From Fidelibacterota bacterium SCGC AAA298-D23 (GTDB lineage: Bacteria; Fidelibacterota; Marinisomatia; Marinisomatales; Marinisomataceae), in NCBI GenBank assembly GCA_000402655.1, contig AQSI01000002.1, positions 83,720-147,719 on the forward strand: a DNA stretch of 64,000 bases, in the 5' to 3' direction. The notes beneath the pieces are model-generated. The model was not told the DNA's origin. It saw nothing but the letters and a program-made list of their open reading frames with translations, and made no database searches. This document shows, in pieces, positions 34,727 to 44,666 of the stretch (positions are counted from its first letter, which is position 1; every line of letters begins with the position of its first letter). The position numbers and the translations under genes are program-made.

Positions 34727-35349
34727 TAAAATATTTCTGTTTGTTCTTTTAAAGATATTTCTTTTGTTTTTTCGTTTATATAAAAACTATCTGGTGCATT
34801 CAAGCCAATTAAAATTATTGGTGTAGGCACGATGCTTTGATATGGCTTAAAATATTCTATAAAGTTCTCAAAAGTTCCAACTGCTCCATCAAAATTGCCA
34901 ATTTTTTTTAAGTTGCTAGTAGCACAAATGATGACACCTAAGCTCGTTTGGATTTCTTTTTTTACATGATTTAGTTCACTAGAAAGTACTGGCTTCATGA
35001 TGTTATGTGAAATTACTGTACTGTGATTGAATGCTACCTCGAGAGCTAGTTCATTTTTTACAAAATCTAAACGCCATTTTCTATTTGTCTTATAAGCTTT
35101 ATCGTAAAAAATAGCAGATTCAGAGCTCCAACCTAGATTAAGTAATTTTTCCTTGAGAATTTGATTTATAGGTTCTGAAAGGCTTTTAATATTTGGCCTT
35201 TCTTGTTTTCTGAAGTTAAACGCATTAATTAGGTCTTTATCAGAAATTGAATTAATTACAGATATTAATTCATCGTAATCTTCTTTATATTTTAAATCAC
35301 TTTTAACTATTTGATCAGAGTGTCTATGATAGTATAGTGTATGTTTCAT
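34726..35349 (-). CDS. BglII/BstYI/BamHI-like type II restriction endonuclease (tentative)
   Basis: 207 aa. WRLDFVKNELALEVAF has the same D-x8-E-x-X spacing as the BglII core IDFGKRDTLVEVQF, and the C-terminal TPIILIGL resembles BglII VPIRLVGL (from memory). It lies adjacent to a C5 methyltransferase. Confidence 0.55.
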   Translation of the reverse strand: MKHTLYYHRHSDQIVKSDLKYKEDYDELISVINSISDKDLINAFNFRKQERPNIKSLSEPINQILKEKLLNLGWSSESAIFYDKAYKTNRKWRLDFVKNELALEVAFNHSTVISHNIMKPVLSSELNHVKKEIQTSLGVIICATSNLKKIGNFDGAVGTFENFIEYFKPYQSIVPTPIILIGLNAPDSFYINEKTKEISLKEQTEIF

Positions 35350-35373
35350 AAATAAATTTATATAATTTAATAA
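35350..35373. promoter_or_regulatory. 24-bp divergent control region between endonuclease operon and methyltransferase
   Basis: The sequence is AAATAAATTTATATAATTTAATAA. TATAAT (35361-35366) ends 7 nt before the methyltransferase ATG, and TATAAA-like elements occur on the other strand. Neither side has an SD. Confidence 0.4.
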
Positions 35374-36579
35374 ATGCCAAAATTAAAAGTAGTAGAATTA
35401 TTTGCCGGAGTAGGAGGGTTTCGATTAGGTCTTGAGAAATCAGGCCATAAAACTGTTTGGGCTAATCAATGGGAACCAAAAACAAAGGTTCAACATGCAT
35501 TTGATTGTTATAGCGCGCATTTTGATGATTCATTTAAAGATTTAAATACTGATATTAACGAAGTTGATTACACTAAAGTGCCCAATCATGACTTACTTGT
35601 TGGCGGATTTCCTTGCCAAGATTACTCAGTTGCTACTGTCCAAGCACAGGGAATAGAAGGGAAAAAGGGAGTATTATGGTGGGCAATTGAGAAGATTTTA
35701 AGAGAAAAAAGACCTAAATATGTACTTCTTGAAAACGTAGATAGATTGCTACGATCTCCAACACAGCAAAGAGGGCGTGATTTTGGTGTTATTTTGTCAT
35801 GTTTGCATAATCTTGGGTATTGTGTTGAGTGGAGAGTTGTTAACGCCGCAGAATATGGATTTCCTCAAAAAAGACGTAGAACTTTCTTTTTTGCAGCTCA
35901 AAAAGGTACAAAGTGGTACAAAAATATGGAAAAAAGGCATTTAGAGCCTGATTTTATCCACAATAAAGGATTTTTTAGTGATGAATTTAAAGTCAAACAG
36001 GACAACACGCTCGAAATCAACCTTTTTGATGAGGTTAAAAATATAGCTGATACGCAATCTATAAGCGACACATTCTCATATCATTTTTTGAATTCTGGCT
36101 TTTTATTTAATACTACAATTAGTACAAAGAAGGTTTTTCCAGATTATAATGGAAAACAGACTGTTTTAGGAGATATATTAGATAAAACTGTTGATGATAA
36201 GTATTTTGTCAGGGATGAAGCACAAATTTGGAAATGGAAAGAACTAAAAGGCGCTAAAAAGAGAAAAGTTAAGCGAAAAGATGGTGGTACATTTTTTTAT
36301 TCAGAAGGTTCAATGCCATTTCCTGAGCCTTTAGAAGCTCCAGCGCGTACAATTATTACATCTGAAGGCGGACAAACGCCAAGTAGATTCAAACATATTA
36401 TCATGGATCCAAAGAAAAATGAATATAGAACGTTAACACCAGATGAAGTTGAAAAAATATGCGGGTTTCCAGCTGGATGGACAAATACTGGAATGCCCGA
36501 TAATTGGAGATATTTTTGTATGGGTAATGCATTGGTTGTAGGTCTTATTGAAAAGATGGGAAAAACTTTATTAAATTAA
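35374..36579 (+). CDS. DNA (cytosine-5)-methyltransferase
   Basis: 401 aa with motifs I ELFAGVGGF, IV GGFPCQDYS, VI LLENVDRLL, VIII FPQKRRRTFF, IX TLTPDEVEKICGFPAGWT and X MGNALVVGL. Confidence 0.93.
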   Translation: MPKLKVVELFAGVGGFRLGLEKSGHKTVWANQWEPKTKVQHAFDCYSAHFDDSFKDLNTDINEVDYTKVPNHDLLVGGFPCQDYSVATVQAQGIEGKKGVLWWAIEKILREKRPKYVLLENVDRLLRSPTQQRGRDFGVILSCLHNLGYCVEWRVVNAAEYGFPQKRRRTFFFAAQKGTKWYKNMEKRHLEPDFIHNKGFFSDEFKVKQDNTLEINLFDEVKNIADTQSISDTFSYHFLNSGFLFNTTISTKKVFPDYNGKQTVLGDILDKTVDDKYFVRDEAQIWKWKELKGAKKRKVKRKDGGTFFYSEGSMPFPEPLEAPARTIITSEGGQTPSRFKHIIMDPKKNEYRTLTPDEVEKICGFPAGWTNTGMPDNWRYFCMGNALVVGLIEKMGKTLLN

Positions 36580-36646
36580 ATCTGCTGTTATCACGCTGTT
36601 TATCAGTGTTTTACGCATAATATATATTATGTATAATTAGATAAAT

Positions 36647-37318
36647 ATGAGAAAAAACTTAGGAAAAAATACAAGAAAATTTATACTATCCTTCCTCGGT
36701 AGTCTTACTACTGCAGCTATTTTTTATGGTGGTGGTAATTACATTAATAAACAAACACCCTACTATAATTTCTTTTCTAACTTTATAAGCGATTTAGGAA
36801 GAACTACTAGCCATTCTGGTGACGATAATACTATATCTCTATCTTTTTTCATAATTGGTATGCTCATTCAAGTTTTTGGTGCTTTCTATTTTTTATATAA
36901 TGCTGCAGATTATTTTAAAAGTGATAAACCAAAAGTAACTATTTTAGCTAAGATTTCTGCTGCAATTGGATCTATTAGCTTACTTGGAGTCATCTTAACC
37001 CCTGCAGATGTCCCTTCATTGTATTTTCTTCATATTTTATTCGCAAATTCGGTGTTTAATTGCTCTTTTGTCACTTTAAGCATATATGGTTATCTTTTTT
37101 ATACAAAAGGCCTAAAAAACGTTACTTACTCCCTTTTATTATGCTCGATTGTTGTTTTAGGATATATAGTATTCCTTGAAATAGGACCTGCTCCTTGGAA
37201 ATCTATTGAAGCACTAACTCTTCACGCTACATATCAAAAAGTTGCTGTATTAAGTTTACTCGGTACAATCTGGATAATGTCAAAAGGAACTGATTTACTG
37301 AACAACGAAATTGAGTAA
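36647..37318 (+). CDS. Integral membrane protein of unknown function
   Basis: 223 aa with about six hydrophobic helices. Its 3' end overlaps the leuS 3' end by 24 nt. Confidence 0.6.
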   Translation: MRKNLGKNTRKFILSFLGSLTTAAIFYGGGNYINKQTPYYNFFSNFISDLGRTTSHSGDDNTISLSFFIIGMLIQVFGAFYFLYNAADYFKSDKPKVTILAKISAAIGSISLLGVILTPADVPSLYFLHILFANSVFNCSFVTLSIYGYLFYTKGLKNVTYSLLLCSIVVLGYIVFLEIGPAPWKSIEALTLHATYQKVAVLSLLGTIWIMSKGTDLLNNEIE

Positions 37319-39736
37319 TCTATTTGGAACATAGATCGTTTTAACTATGTTTCCATCGGAAGTAAATTTTTTAACATTTTCTAATGACATTGCTTCAGAT
37401 ATAACATCTGATTCGTTCGAATCTTTAGAAACATTAATGTTAGCTCTTAACTTACCATTTACCTGAACAGCAATAGTAACTTCATCTAATTGTATTAAAT
37501 CCTCACTATACTGTGGCCATGACTGATATGAAATGGTTTGAGAATGTCCTAATAAACTCCAAAACTCTTCTGCGATGTGTGGAACAAATGGGCTTAATAT
37601 AATAACTAATTCTTCAATAAGTTTTTTAGAAACTGTATTACATTTTTGTAAATGATTACAATAAATCATGAGTTGAGATACTGCAGTATTAAAATGCAAG
37701 TCTTCGATATCTTCACCTAATTTTTTAATTGTCTGATGGTGTAAAAATAATGTGTCTTTATCCCCTTCGTCATTATCGACAATCTTTTTTGACAAATTAC
37801 CATTTTCATCTACAATAATTGACCACAATTTATTTACAAATCTATAACAACCTTGTAATCCTTTTGTACTCCAAGGTTTTGATTTATTTAAGGGACCCAT
37901 AAACATTTCATAAAGCCTCATCGAATCCGCTCCATACTCATCTATAATCTCTTCAGGATTTATTACATTTCCTCGAGATTTACTCATTTTTGTACCATCA
38001 TCACCTAAAATCATTCCTTGATTATAGAGTTTTTTAAATGGTTCTTTTGTTGATACTAGACCTAAATCATATAAAACATGATTCCAAAATCTCGAGTATA
38101 ATAAATGAAGCACTGCATGCTCTTGTCCACCAATATACAAATCTACTGGCATCCAATAGTTTTCTTTTTCTTTTGACCAAGCTTCATTGTCATTTTTAGG
38201 GTCTGTAAATCTTAGAAAATACCAACAAGATCCAGCCCATTGGGGCATAGTATTTGTTTCTCTAAGTCCAATAATATTACCACTTTCATCTTTTACTTCA
38301 ACCCAATTTTTAACTAATGATAATGGAGATTTACCATCATCTGATGGCTTATAATTTTCTACTTCAGGAAGCATTACTGGTAAATCTTTTTCTTGTATTA
38401 ACTCCACTGAATCATCTTTGTGAATTAATGGAAAAGGCTCTCCCCAATATCTTTGTCTAGAAAATAACCAATCTCTTAATTTGTAATTAACTGTGGCTCT
38501 TCCTATTGAATTTTTTTCTATAAATGAAATTGCTTCCTTAATAGCTCTATCTACAGTCAAACCATCCATAGATAAAGTTTTATCGTTTGAAGAATTTATA
38601 ATTTTTGCGTCACCTTTTGCAGTAAATGCAGCTTTAGACACATCTCCGCCCTCAACAACTTCTACTATAGGGAGATTATATTTTGATGCAAACTCCCAAT
38701 CTCTTTCGTCATGACCAGGAACAGCCATAATAGCGCCAGTTCCATAACTTATTAACACATAGTCAGCTATCCATATTTCAATTTTTTCTTTGCTAAAAGG
38801 ATTTATTGCATAGCTTCCAGTAAAAACACCAGTTTTATCCTTATTAACTTCTGTTCTATCAAAATCTGATTTCTTTTTTGTTTCATCTATATAAGCTTCC
38901 ACTTTTGATCTTTGCTCATCAGTGACAATTGAATGAATTAAGGTATGCTCAGGAGCTAAAACCATATAAGATGCACCAAAAAGAGTATCAGGCCTTGTAG
39001 TATAAACATTGATTGTATCATTATGCCCATCAATTTCAAACCCTAACTCTACACCTTCTGATTTACCGATCCAATTTTTTTGAAGTTCTTTAATATTTTC
39101 AGGCCAATCTAAATCATCTAATCCATCAAGTAATGACTCTGCATAATCAGTAATCTTTAAAATCCACTGTCTCATTGGTAGTCTTACAACTGGATGTCCA
39201 CCTATATCAGACTTTCCATTAACAACTTCTTCATTAGCAAGAACTGCTTTTAGTTCAGGACACCAATTAACAGCAACCTCCTGTTCATAAGCTATACCTT
39301 TATTATAAAGTTGCATGAAAATCCATTGAGTCCATTTATAGTAATTTGGATCTGTAGTATTAATCTCTCTTGACCAATCGTAAGAGAATCCAAGGCTATT
39401 TATCTGTTTTTTGAAATTTGAAACATTTTGTTGAGTTGTTTCTTTTGGATGAGTACCTGTTTTTATCGCATATTGCTCTGCTGGAAGACCAAACGCATCC
39501 CAACCCATAGGATGAAGCACATTAAAACCTTTCATGCGCTTGTAACGTGCCACAATATCTGTTGCTACATATCCCAAAGCATGACCAACATGCAGACCTG
39601 CTCCTGAGGGATACGGAAACATATCTAAAACATAATATTTAGGCTTATTGACAGAGATATCTTCAGACTTAAAAGTTTGATTTTCTAACCAAAATTTTTG
39701 CCATATGCTCTCTATAGATTTATGATCGTAGCTCAA
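37295..39736 (-). CDS. leuS: Leucine--tRNA ligase
   Basis: 813 aa with a HIGH-type motif ([16 protein letters not shown]), the KMSKS motif ([10 protein letters not shown]) and a CP1 editing domain. Confidence 0.96.
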   Translation of the reverse strand: MSYDHKSIESIWQKFWLENQTFKSEDISVNKPKYYVLDMFPYPSGAGLHVGHALGYVATDIVARYKRMKGFNVLHPMGWDAFGLPAEQYAIKTGTHPKETTQQNVSNFKKQINSLGFSYDWSREINTTDPNYYKWTQWIFMQLYNKGIAYEQEVAVNWCPELKAVLANEEVVNGKSDIGGHPVVRLPMRQWILKITDYAESLLDGLDDLDWPENIKELQKNWIGKSEGVELGFEIDGHNDTINVYTTRPDTLFGASYMVLAPEHTLIHSIVTDEQRSKVEAYIDETKKKSDFDRTEVNKDKTGVFTGSYAINPFSKEKIEIWIADYVLISYGTGAIMAVPGHDERDWEFASKYNLPIVEVVEGGDVSKAAFTAKGDAKIINSSNDKTLSMDGLTVDRAIKEAISFIEKNSIGRATVNYKLRDWLFSRQRYWGEPFPLIHKDDSVELIQEKDLPVMLPEVENYKPSDDGKSPLSLVKNWVEVKDESGNIIGLRETNTMPQWAGSCWYFLRFTDPKNDNEAWSKEKENYWMPVDLYIGGQEHAVLHLLYSRFWNHVLYDLGLVSTKEPFKKLYNQGMILGDDGTKMSKSRGNVINPEEIIDEYGADSMRLYEMFMGPLNKSKPWSTKGLQGCYRFVNKLWSIIVDENGNLSKKIVDNDEGDKDTLFLHHQTIKKLGEDIEDLHFNTAVSQLMIYCNHLQKCNTVSKKLIEELVIILSPFVPHIAEEFWSLLGHSQTISYQSWPQYSEDLIQLDEVTIAVQVNGKLRANINVSKDSNESDVISEAMSLENVKKFTSDGNIVKTIYVPNRLLNFVVQ

Positions 39737-39738
39737 AT

Positions 39739-40260
39739 TTAATAAAAGTTCTTAATTTGCTTCATCCAATCAAGAATGATGGCATTAACATCTATGGGTT
39801 GATCAGTAGTAGAACCATACCCCATACTATTAGATGTTGTACTTCCAAAAGCATTTGTCATAGGACCACTATACTCATCATCTGCAAGCACTTGATTAGC
39901 TTGAAACTTTGCTAAAACTTTTTTGGTTTTAGGGTCTCTAAAAATTATATGTGATGTTTTAGGATCTGCTGTTGAACCATAATATGGATCAAAAGTAAAA
40001 TCTTCAAAATTGATAATAACTTCCATATCTCCATCAGTTTCAGGAGGAAGAATTTCAAAACCAATCTTTACTAATTCGGATTGCAATGATTGAATGTGCT
40101 CGACCATGAACGGATCTTGGATGTAGTCATTAATAAATTCTTCAATTTTATTTGTTTGACTAAGTTTTACTTTTTTTCTTCTAAATTGTCCATAAAGGTC
40201 AGTTGCAAAAACAAATAACATTATAAAAGTTAATAAATAAGTGAATTTCTTTAGTTTCAT
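39739..40260 (-). CDS. Hypothetical secreted protein
   Basis: I prefer ATG 40260 (GGAGA SD, signal peptide [19 protein letters not shown]) over the track's 40284, which overlaps msrA. Confidence 0.55.
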   Translation of the reverse strand: MKLKKFTYLLTFIMLFVFATDLYGQFRRKKVKLSQTNKIEEFINDYIQDPFMVEHIQSLQSELVKIGFEILPPETDGDMEVIINFEDFTFDPYYGSTADPKTSHIIFRDPKTKKVLAKFQANQVLADDEYSGPMTNAFGSTTSNSMGYGSTTDQPIDVNAIILDWMKQIKNFY

Positions 40261-40271
40261 TGTATTCTCCA

Positions 40272-40814
40272 TTAAATAGCGCATCCGTCAATTCCTCTTT
40301 TTTTGTAATAATCTTGATGATAATCTTCAGCATTATAAAAATCTGAAATTGCTTCAATTTCAGTTACTATTCTAGATTTAAATTTTCCAGATTCATTTAA
40401 TGCATTTATTTTGCTTTCAATAATTTGCTTTTCATCGTCATTAGAAAAATATGCAGCTGAACGATACTGTGTCCCTATATCTGGACCTTGTCGATTTAAA
40501 GTTGTAGGATCATGAAGCTCGAAAAAGGTATCTAACAATTTTTCGAATGAAACCTCATTTGGATTATATTCAATTTCCACAGCTTCAGCATGACCAGTTA
40601 ATCCGGTACAAACAAGTTCATAAGAAGGATTTTTTACTTTTCCTCCTATATAACCAACCGTTGTTGATTTTACTCCGTCCATTTGTTGAAAAGTAGACTC
40701 TACTCCCCAAAAACACCCTGCTGCAAATACAGCTTTTTTATTTTCAGCATCATTTGCCATCATAAACCCCGTTATTGAAATTAAAATAATTAAAAATTTT
40801 TTAATCTTTATCAT
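40272..40814 (-). CDS. msrA: Peptide-methionine (S)-S-oxide reductase, secreted/anchored form
   Basis: 180 aa with a signal peptide followed by the AAGCFWGVE catalytic motif. Confidence 0.92.
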   Translation of the reverse strand: MIKIKKFLIILISITGFMMANDAENKKAVFAAGCFWGVESTFQQMDGVKSTTVGYIGGKVKNPSYELVCTGLTGHAEAVEIEYNPNEVSFEKLLDTFFELHDPTTLNRQGPDIGTQYRSAAYFSNDDEKQIIESKINALNESGKFKSRIVTEIEAISDFYNAEDYHQDYYKKRGIDGCAI

Positions 40815-40938
40815 AAGTATAGTAAAAATATGCTCCTATTAAACTCATTGGTATTGCAACTACAGCACCTATAACAGGTATTAAAAAAGATGCAAAAAAG
40901 ATACCAATACCAACTAATATTGTATTGAAAATACGCAC
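40801..40938 (-). CDS. Possible 45-aa hydrophobic peptide (below ORF-track cutoff)
   Basis: A GTG-initiated ORF encoding VRIFNTILVGIGIFFASFLIPVIGAVVAIPMSLIGAYFYYTYDKD. Its stop overlaps the msrA start and its SD is weak. Confidence 0.25.
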   Translation of the reverse strand: MRIFNTILVGIGIFFASFLIPVIGAVVAIPMSLIGAYFYYTYDKD

Positions 40939-41020
40939 AATTAATCTTTCTTAATAAAAAATCTTTTAATATTTCGCATTTTCACATAAAAAATTAACAA
41001 AAAAAATATATTTATTAAAT

Positions 41021-41047
41021 AAAAAAGCCTCCCAAAATGAGAGGCTT
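41021..41047 (-). terminator. Rho-independent terminator after the MerR-family gene
   Basis: AGCCTC...GAGGCT hairpin with an A-run on the plus strand, which is a U-run on the minus strand. Confidence 0.7.
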
Positions 41048-41075
41048 TGTTGGCTACCATAATAAGCTCTTACCC

Positions 41076-41423
41076 TTAATGCCTATTCAAAATATTTAAA
41101 ATGTTTTTTAATTCATTTTTTATTTCACTTAATGCTGAAATTTGAGAAGATGACAATATTTTTTCTTCAACAGGATTTTTAGATCTGTTTTTTAACTCTT
41201 CAACTGCACCTTTAATTGTGAACTTTTTCTGGTAAAGTAATTTCTTAATATCAAGTATTACTTGAATGTCTTGCTTTTTATAGGTTCTATTTCCAGCTCT
41301 ATTTTTAGATGGTTTTAAAGACGGAAATTCGGACTCCCAATATCTTAAAACATAAGGTTTAAGTTCTGTCATTTCACTTACTTCTTTAATACTGTAATAT
41401 AATTTTTTATTTGATTCAAGCAT
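41076..41423 (-). CDS. MerR-family transcriptional regulator
   Basis: 115 aa. YSIKEVSEMTELKPYVLRYWESEF is the MerR-type HTH. Confidence 0.85.
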   Translation of the reverse strand: MLESNKKLYYSIKEVSEMTELKPYVLRYWESEFPSLKPSKNRAGNRTYKKQDIQVILDIKKLLYQKKFTIKGAVEELKNRSKNPVEEKILSSSQISALSEIKNELKNILNILNRH

Positions 41424-41475
41424 TGCTTTAACAATATATAAAAAATATGATTAAAGTGATACTTTAATTAGAAAA

Positions 41476-42573
41476 TTATAGTGATTTAGGATCAGAATAA
41501 TCTAAGGAATGAGCTATAGCAACTTCTTCGTTTGTAATCTTACCCTCATATGTATTTAAAGCCATTAACAACTTTTCATCTTCAAATAATCCATTTAATC
41601 CAGAATTGGCAAATTTGAGAATAAAAGGTTTTGTTGCCTCATTAAGTGCATTAGTTGCTGTAAAAGGTACAGCAGATGGAATATTTCTCACACAATAATG
41701 AATAATATTGTCAACCTCATAGGTTGGATCTCCGTGAGTAGTAGCTTTAGAAGTCTCAAAACAACCTCCTTGGTCGATTGAAACGTCAGATAAAATTGTT
41801 TTTGGCTCCATTAAACTTAACATATCTCTTGAGATAACTATTGGTGGTTTACCGCCAGGAGTTAAAACAGCTCCCACAACGACATCAACCATTGGTAAAA
41901 TATTTTCAATAACTTGCCTAGAAGACTCAGCCACATTAACAGCAGGATATTTAGCTTTTATATCTGCAAGTAAATCATTATTAACATCAAGCAATGTTGT
42001 GCTTGCTCCAAGCCCTAAACTCATTTGCATAGCATTCAAACCAACAATTCCCCCGCCAATTATTAATACATTTGCTGGTTCAACTAAACTTGTACCAGCA
42101 ATAAGTTTTCCTTTACCACCTTTACTCTTTTTTAACAGTTCAATACTATCGAGCAAAGATAATCTACCAGCAATCTCACTCATAGGCTTAAGCATTGGTG
42201 TTTCATTGTTTATGACTACCGTCTCGTAAGCTAACCCTGTAACATTACAATCAAGAAGTTTTTGAGTTAATTCTTTAGATGAGCTTAAGTGTAAGTAGGT
42301 AAAAATAGCTTTATTAGAAAGCATTTCAACTTCATCAAAGGAAGGTTCTTTAACTTTTACTATTAATTCAGATCTATCAAACACTTCAGAAGCAGTTTCT
42401 ACAATTATACAGCCAAGAGCTGAGTATTCTTCATCTGAAAAACCACTATCAATTCCAGCACCCGATTGAATAAATAGCTCATGAGAACTTTGTAACAGCA
42501 TTTTGGCTGTTTCAGGATTGACCGAAACACGATATTCTTGAGAAAGAATTTCTTTTGGAATACCAATTTTCAT
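41476..42573 (-). CDS. ald: Alanine dehydrogenase
   Basis: 365 aa with MKIGIPKEI...YRVSV, VKVKEP, FTYLHL and the IIGGGIVG Rossmann motif. Confidence 0.88.
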   Translation of the reverse strand: MKIGIPKEILSQEYRVSVNPETAKMLLQSSHELFIQSGAGIDSGFSDEEYSALGCIIVETASEVFDRSELIVKVKEPSFDEVEMLSNKAIFTYLHLSSSKELTQKLLDCNVTGLAYETVVINNETPMLKPMSEIAGRLSLLDSIELLKKSKGGKGKLIAGTSLVEPANVLIIGGGIVGLNAMQMSLGLGASTTLLDVNNDLLADIKAKYPAVNVAESSRQVIENILPMVDVVVGAVLTPGGKPPIVISRDMLSLMEPKTILSDVSIDQGGCFETSKATTHGDPTYEVDNIIHYCVRNIPSAVPFTATNALNEATKPFILKFANSGLNGLFEDEKLLMALNTYEGKITNEEVAIAHSLDYSDPKSL

Positions 42574-42579
42574 ATCAAA

Positions 42580-44658
42580 TTATTCAGGTTTTTCAGTGAG
42601 GAGTTTAATGCTAAAGTTTAGACGACCTTGTTTGTCAATTTCAAATAGCTTTATCTTGACTTCATCTCCCTCTGAAAGTACATCTTCAACTTTGTTAACA
42701 CGTTCCCATGCTAGTTGTGAAATGTGAACCAACCCTTCTCTTCCAGGAGCAAATTCAACAAAAGCACCAAAGTCTAAAATTTTAGTCACTTTACCATCAA
42801 AAACAGTTCCAACTTCTGGATCTTGCACAACAGCTTTGATTTGAGAAATTGCGATGTCCAATTTTGCTTTGTTTTCTGCTGATACACTGACAGTACCATC
42901 ATCTTCAATATTAATAACACATTCTGCGTTCTCCTGAAGAGCCTTAATATTTTTACCTCCGGGGCCTATCAATGCTCCAATTTTATCTTTGTCTATCTTG
43001 AAAGATTCAATTTGGGGTGCATATGGAGACAGTGCATTCGGTTTATCAATTGCTTTATTCATTTCACCTAAAATATGCAATCTACCTTTATTTGCTTGTT
43101 CAAGTGCATTTGATAAAACATCCATAGAAAGACCAGGAACTTTTAAATCAAGTTGAATTGCACTAATTCCATCTTTTGTACCAGCTACCTTGAAATCCAT
43201 GTCTCCAAGAAAGTCTTCGGTACCTAAGATGTCACTTAAAACTGCGTAATTATCATCATCTTCCATGATTAAACCCATAGCAATACCTGCCACATGTTCT
43301 TTTATAGGAACACCAGCATTCATCATTGCTAATGAACCGCCACAAACAGATGCCATCGAGGAAGAACCGTTTGATTCGGTAATTTCAGATACTATACGAA
43401 CTGTATATGGAAATTCATCTGAAGATGGCAATATAGGTTTTAGCGATCTTTCAGCTAAATGACCATGACCAATTTCACGTCTATTAGTAAAACCAATTCT
43501 TCCAACTTCTCCTACACAATATGGAGGAAAGTTATAATGCAATAAGAATGATTTTTTGTAATCACTAGCCATTGAATCAATAATTTGCTCATCTCTACTA
43601 GACCCTAGGGTTAAAGCAGCAATAGACTGAGTTTCCCCACGAGTAAACAATGCAGATCCATGTACTCTTGGAAGGATAGATTCTACAACACTGATATCTC
43701 TAATATCTTCCAATCCTCTTCCATCAACTCTAACTTTTTTATCTAAAACAGTTTTTCTAACTGTGTTTTTGAACATGTTTTTAATATGATTTTTAACTTC
43801 AGGATACATTTCCTCATCTTCAAGATATGGTTCTAATGCTTCTTTTTCAATTGCATTAAATTCATCGTCTCTTGCTTGTTTGGTATCCAAATCAAATATC
43901 TTTTCCATTTTTGATAAGTAAGCATCATCTAAAGACTTTTCAACATCTTCAGTTATAACTTTTGTATCAATAACTTCATAAGAGTTGTCAAAATGTTCTG
44001 AAAACTCCATTTGAAGATCAACAATATCGTTAATTCCATCCATTGCTACATCTAATGCTTCTAAAATTGTTTTTTCCGGAACAAAATTAGATCCACCTTC
44101 AATCATACAAATTTTATCTTTCTTTCCAGTAACCATTAAGTCTAAATCTGACGATTCCATTTGTTCATGCGTTGGATTTAAAACATATTCTCCGTCAATT
44201 AAACCAACTTTTACAGAAGCAATAGGACCATCGAATGGTACTGGTGACAATAATAAGGCTGCTGAAGCTCCAATAGCAGCGACAACATCTGGTGTATTTA
44301 CACCATCATATGACATTGTAGTTAACATAATTTGTAATTCATGCCTGTAATTCTTAGGTATTAAGGGTCTAATAGGTCTATCTGTAAGACGTGAAGTTAG
44401 TACCTCAGCATCTGTAGGTTTAGCCTCTCTTTTAAAGAACCCTCCAGGTATTTTTCCACCCGCATAATGTTTTTCTCTGTATTCAACCTGCATTGGTAAA
44501 AAATCAATGCCTTCTCTTGGTTCAGATGAACAACATACTGTTGCTAAAATTGCTGTTTCTCCATAACTAATAAATACGGAACCACCAGCTTGCCTAGCGA
44601 TTTGTCCAGATTCTATTTTAAGCGGTCTTCCCGCTATATTCTTTTCTACTTTTATCAT
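42580..44658 (-). CDS. pnp: Polyribonucleotide nucleotidyltransferase (PNPase)
   Basis: 692 aa with two RNase PH domains plus KH and S1 domains. It follows rpsO. Confidence 0.96.
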   Translation of the reverse strand: MIKVEKNIAGRPLKIESGQIARQAGGSVFISYGETAILATVCCSSEPREGIDFLPMQVEYREKHYAGGKIPGGFFKREAKPTDAEVLTSRLTDRPIRPLIPKNYRHELQIMLTTMSYDGVNTPDVVAAIGASAALLLSPVPFDGPIASVKVGLIDGEYVLNPTHEQMESSDLDLMVTGKKDKICMIEGGSNFVPEKTILEALDVAMDGINDIVDLQMEFSEHFDNSYEVIDTKVITEDVEKSLDDAYLSKMEKIFDLDTKQARDDEFNAIEKEALEPYLEDEEMYPEVKNHIKNMFKNTVRKTVLDKKVRVDGRGLEDIRDISVVESILPRVHGSALFTRGETQSIAALTLGSSRDEQIIDSMASDYKKSFLLHYNFPPYCVGEVGRIGFTNRREIGHGHLAERSLKPILPSSDEFPYTVRIVSEITESNGSSSMASVCGGSLAMMNAGVPIKEHVAGIAMGLIMEDDDNYAVLSDILGTEDFLGDMDFKVAGTKDGISAIQLDLKVPGLSMDVLSNALEQANKGRLHILGEMNKAIDKPNALSPYAPQIESFKIDKDKIGALIGPGGKNIKALQENAECVINIEDDGTVSVSAENKAKLDIAISQIKAVVQDPEVGTVFDGKVTKILDFGAFVEFAPGREGLVHISQLAWERVNKVEDVLSEGDEVKIKLFEIDKQGRLNFSIKLLTEKPE

Positions 44659-44666
44659 TTTCTTCT

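Noticed and set aside
29906-36579. Labelling the minus-strand locus as DISARM, BREX, Dnd/Ssp or Lamassu
   Set aside because: DISARM needs a DUF1998 protein. BREX needs PglZ/BrxC-sized genes. Dnd/Ssp needs sulfur-transfer genes. None of these is present. The Lamassu resemblance is limited to gene order and an SMC-like ATPase whose C-terminal motifs look DndD-like. No named label is justified without profile searches.
22163-36646. Calling the island a prophage, ICE or transposon
   Set aside because: There is no integrase, recombinase, transposase, capsid or terminase gene, and no terminal repeats could be found by eye. Only the neutral label accessory/defence island is supported.
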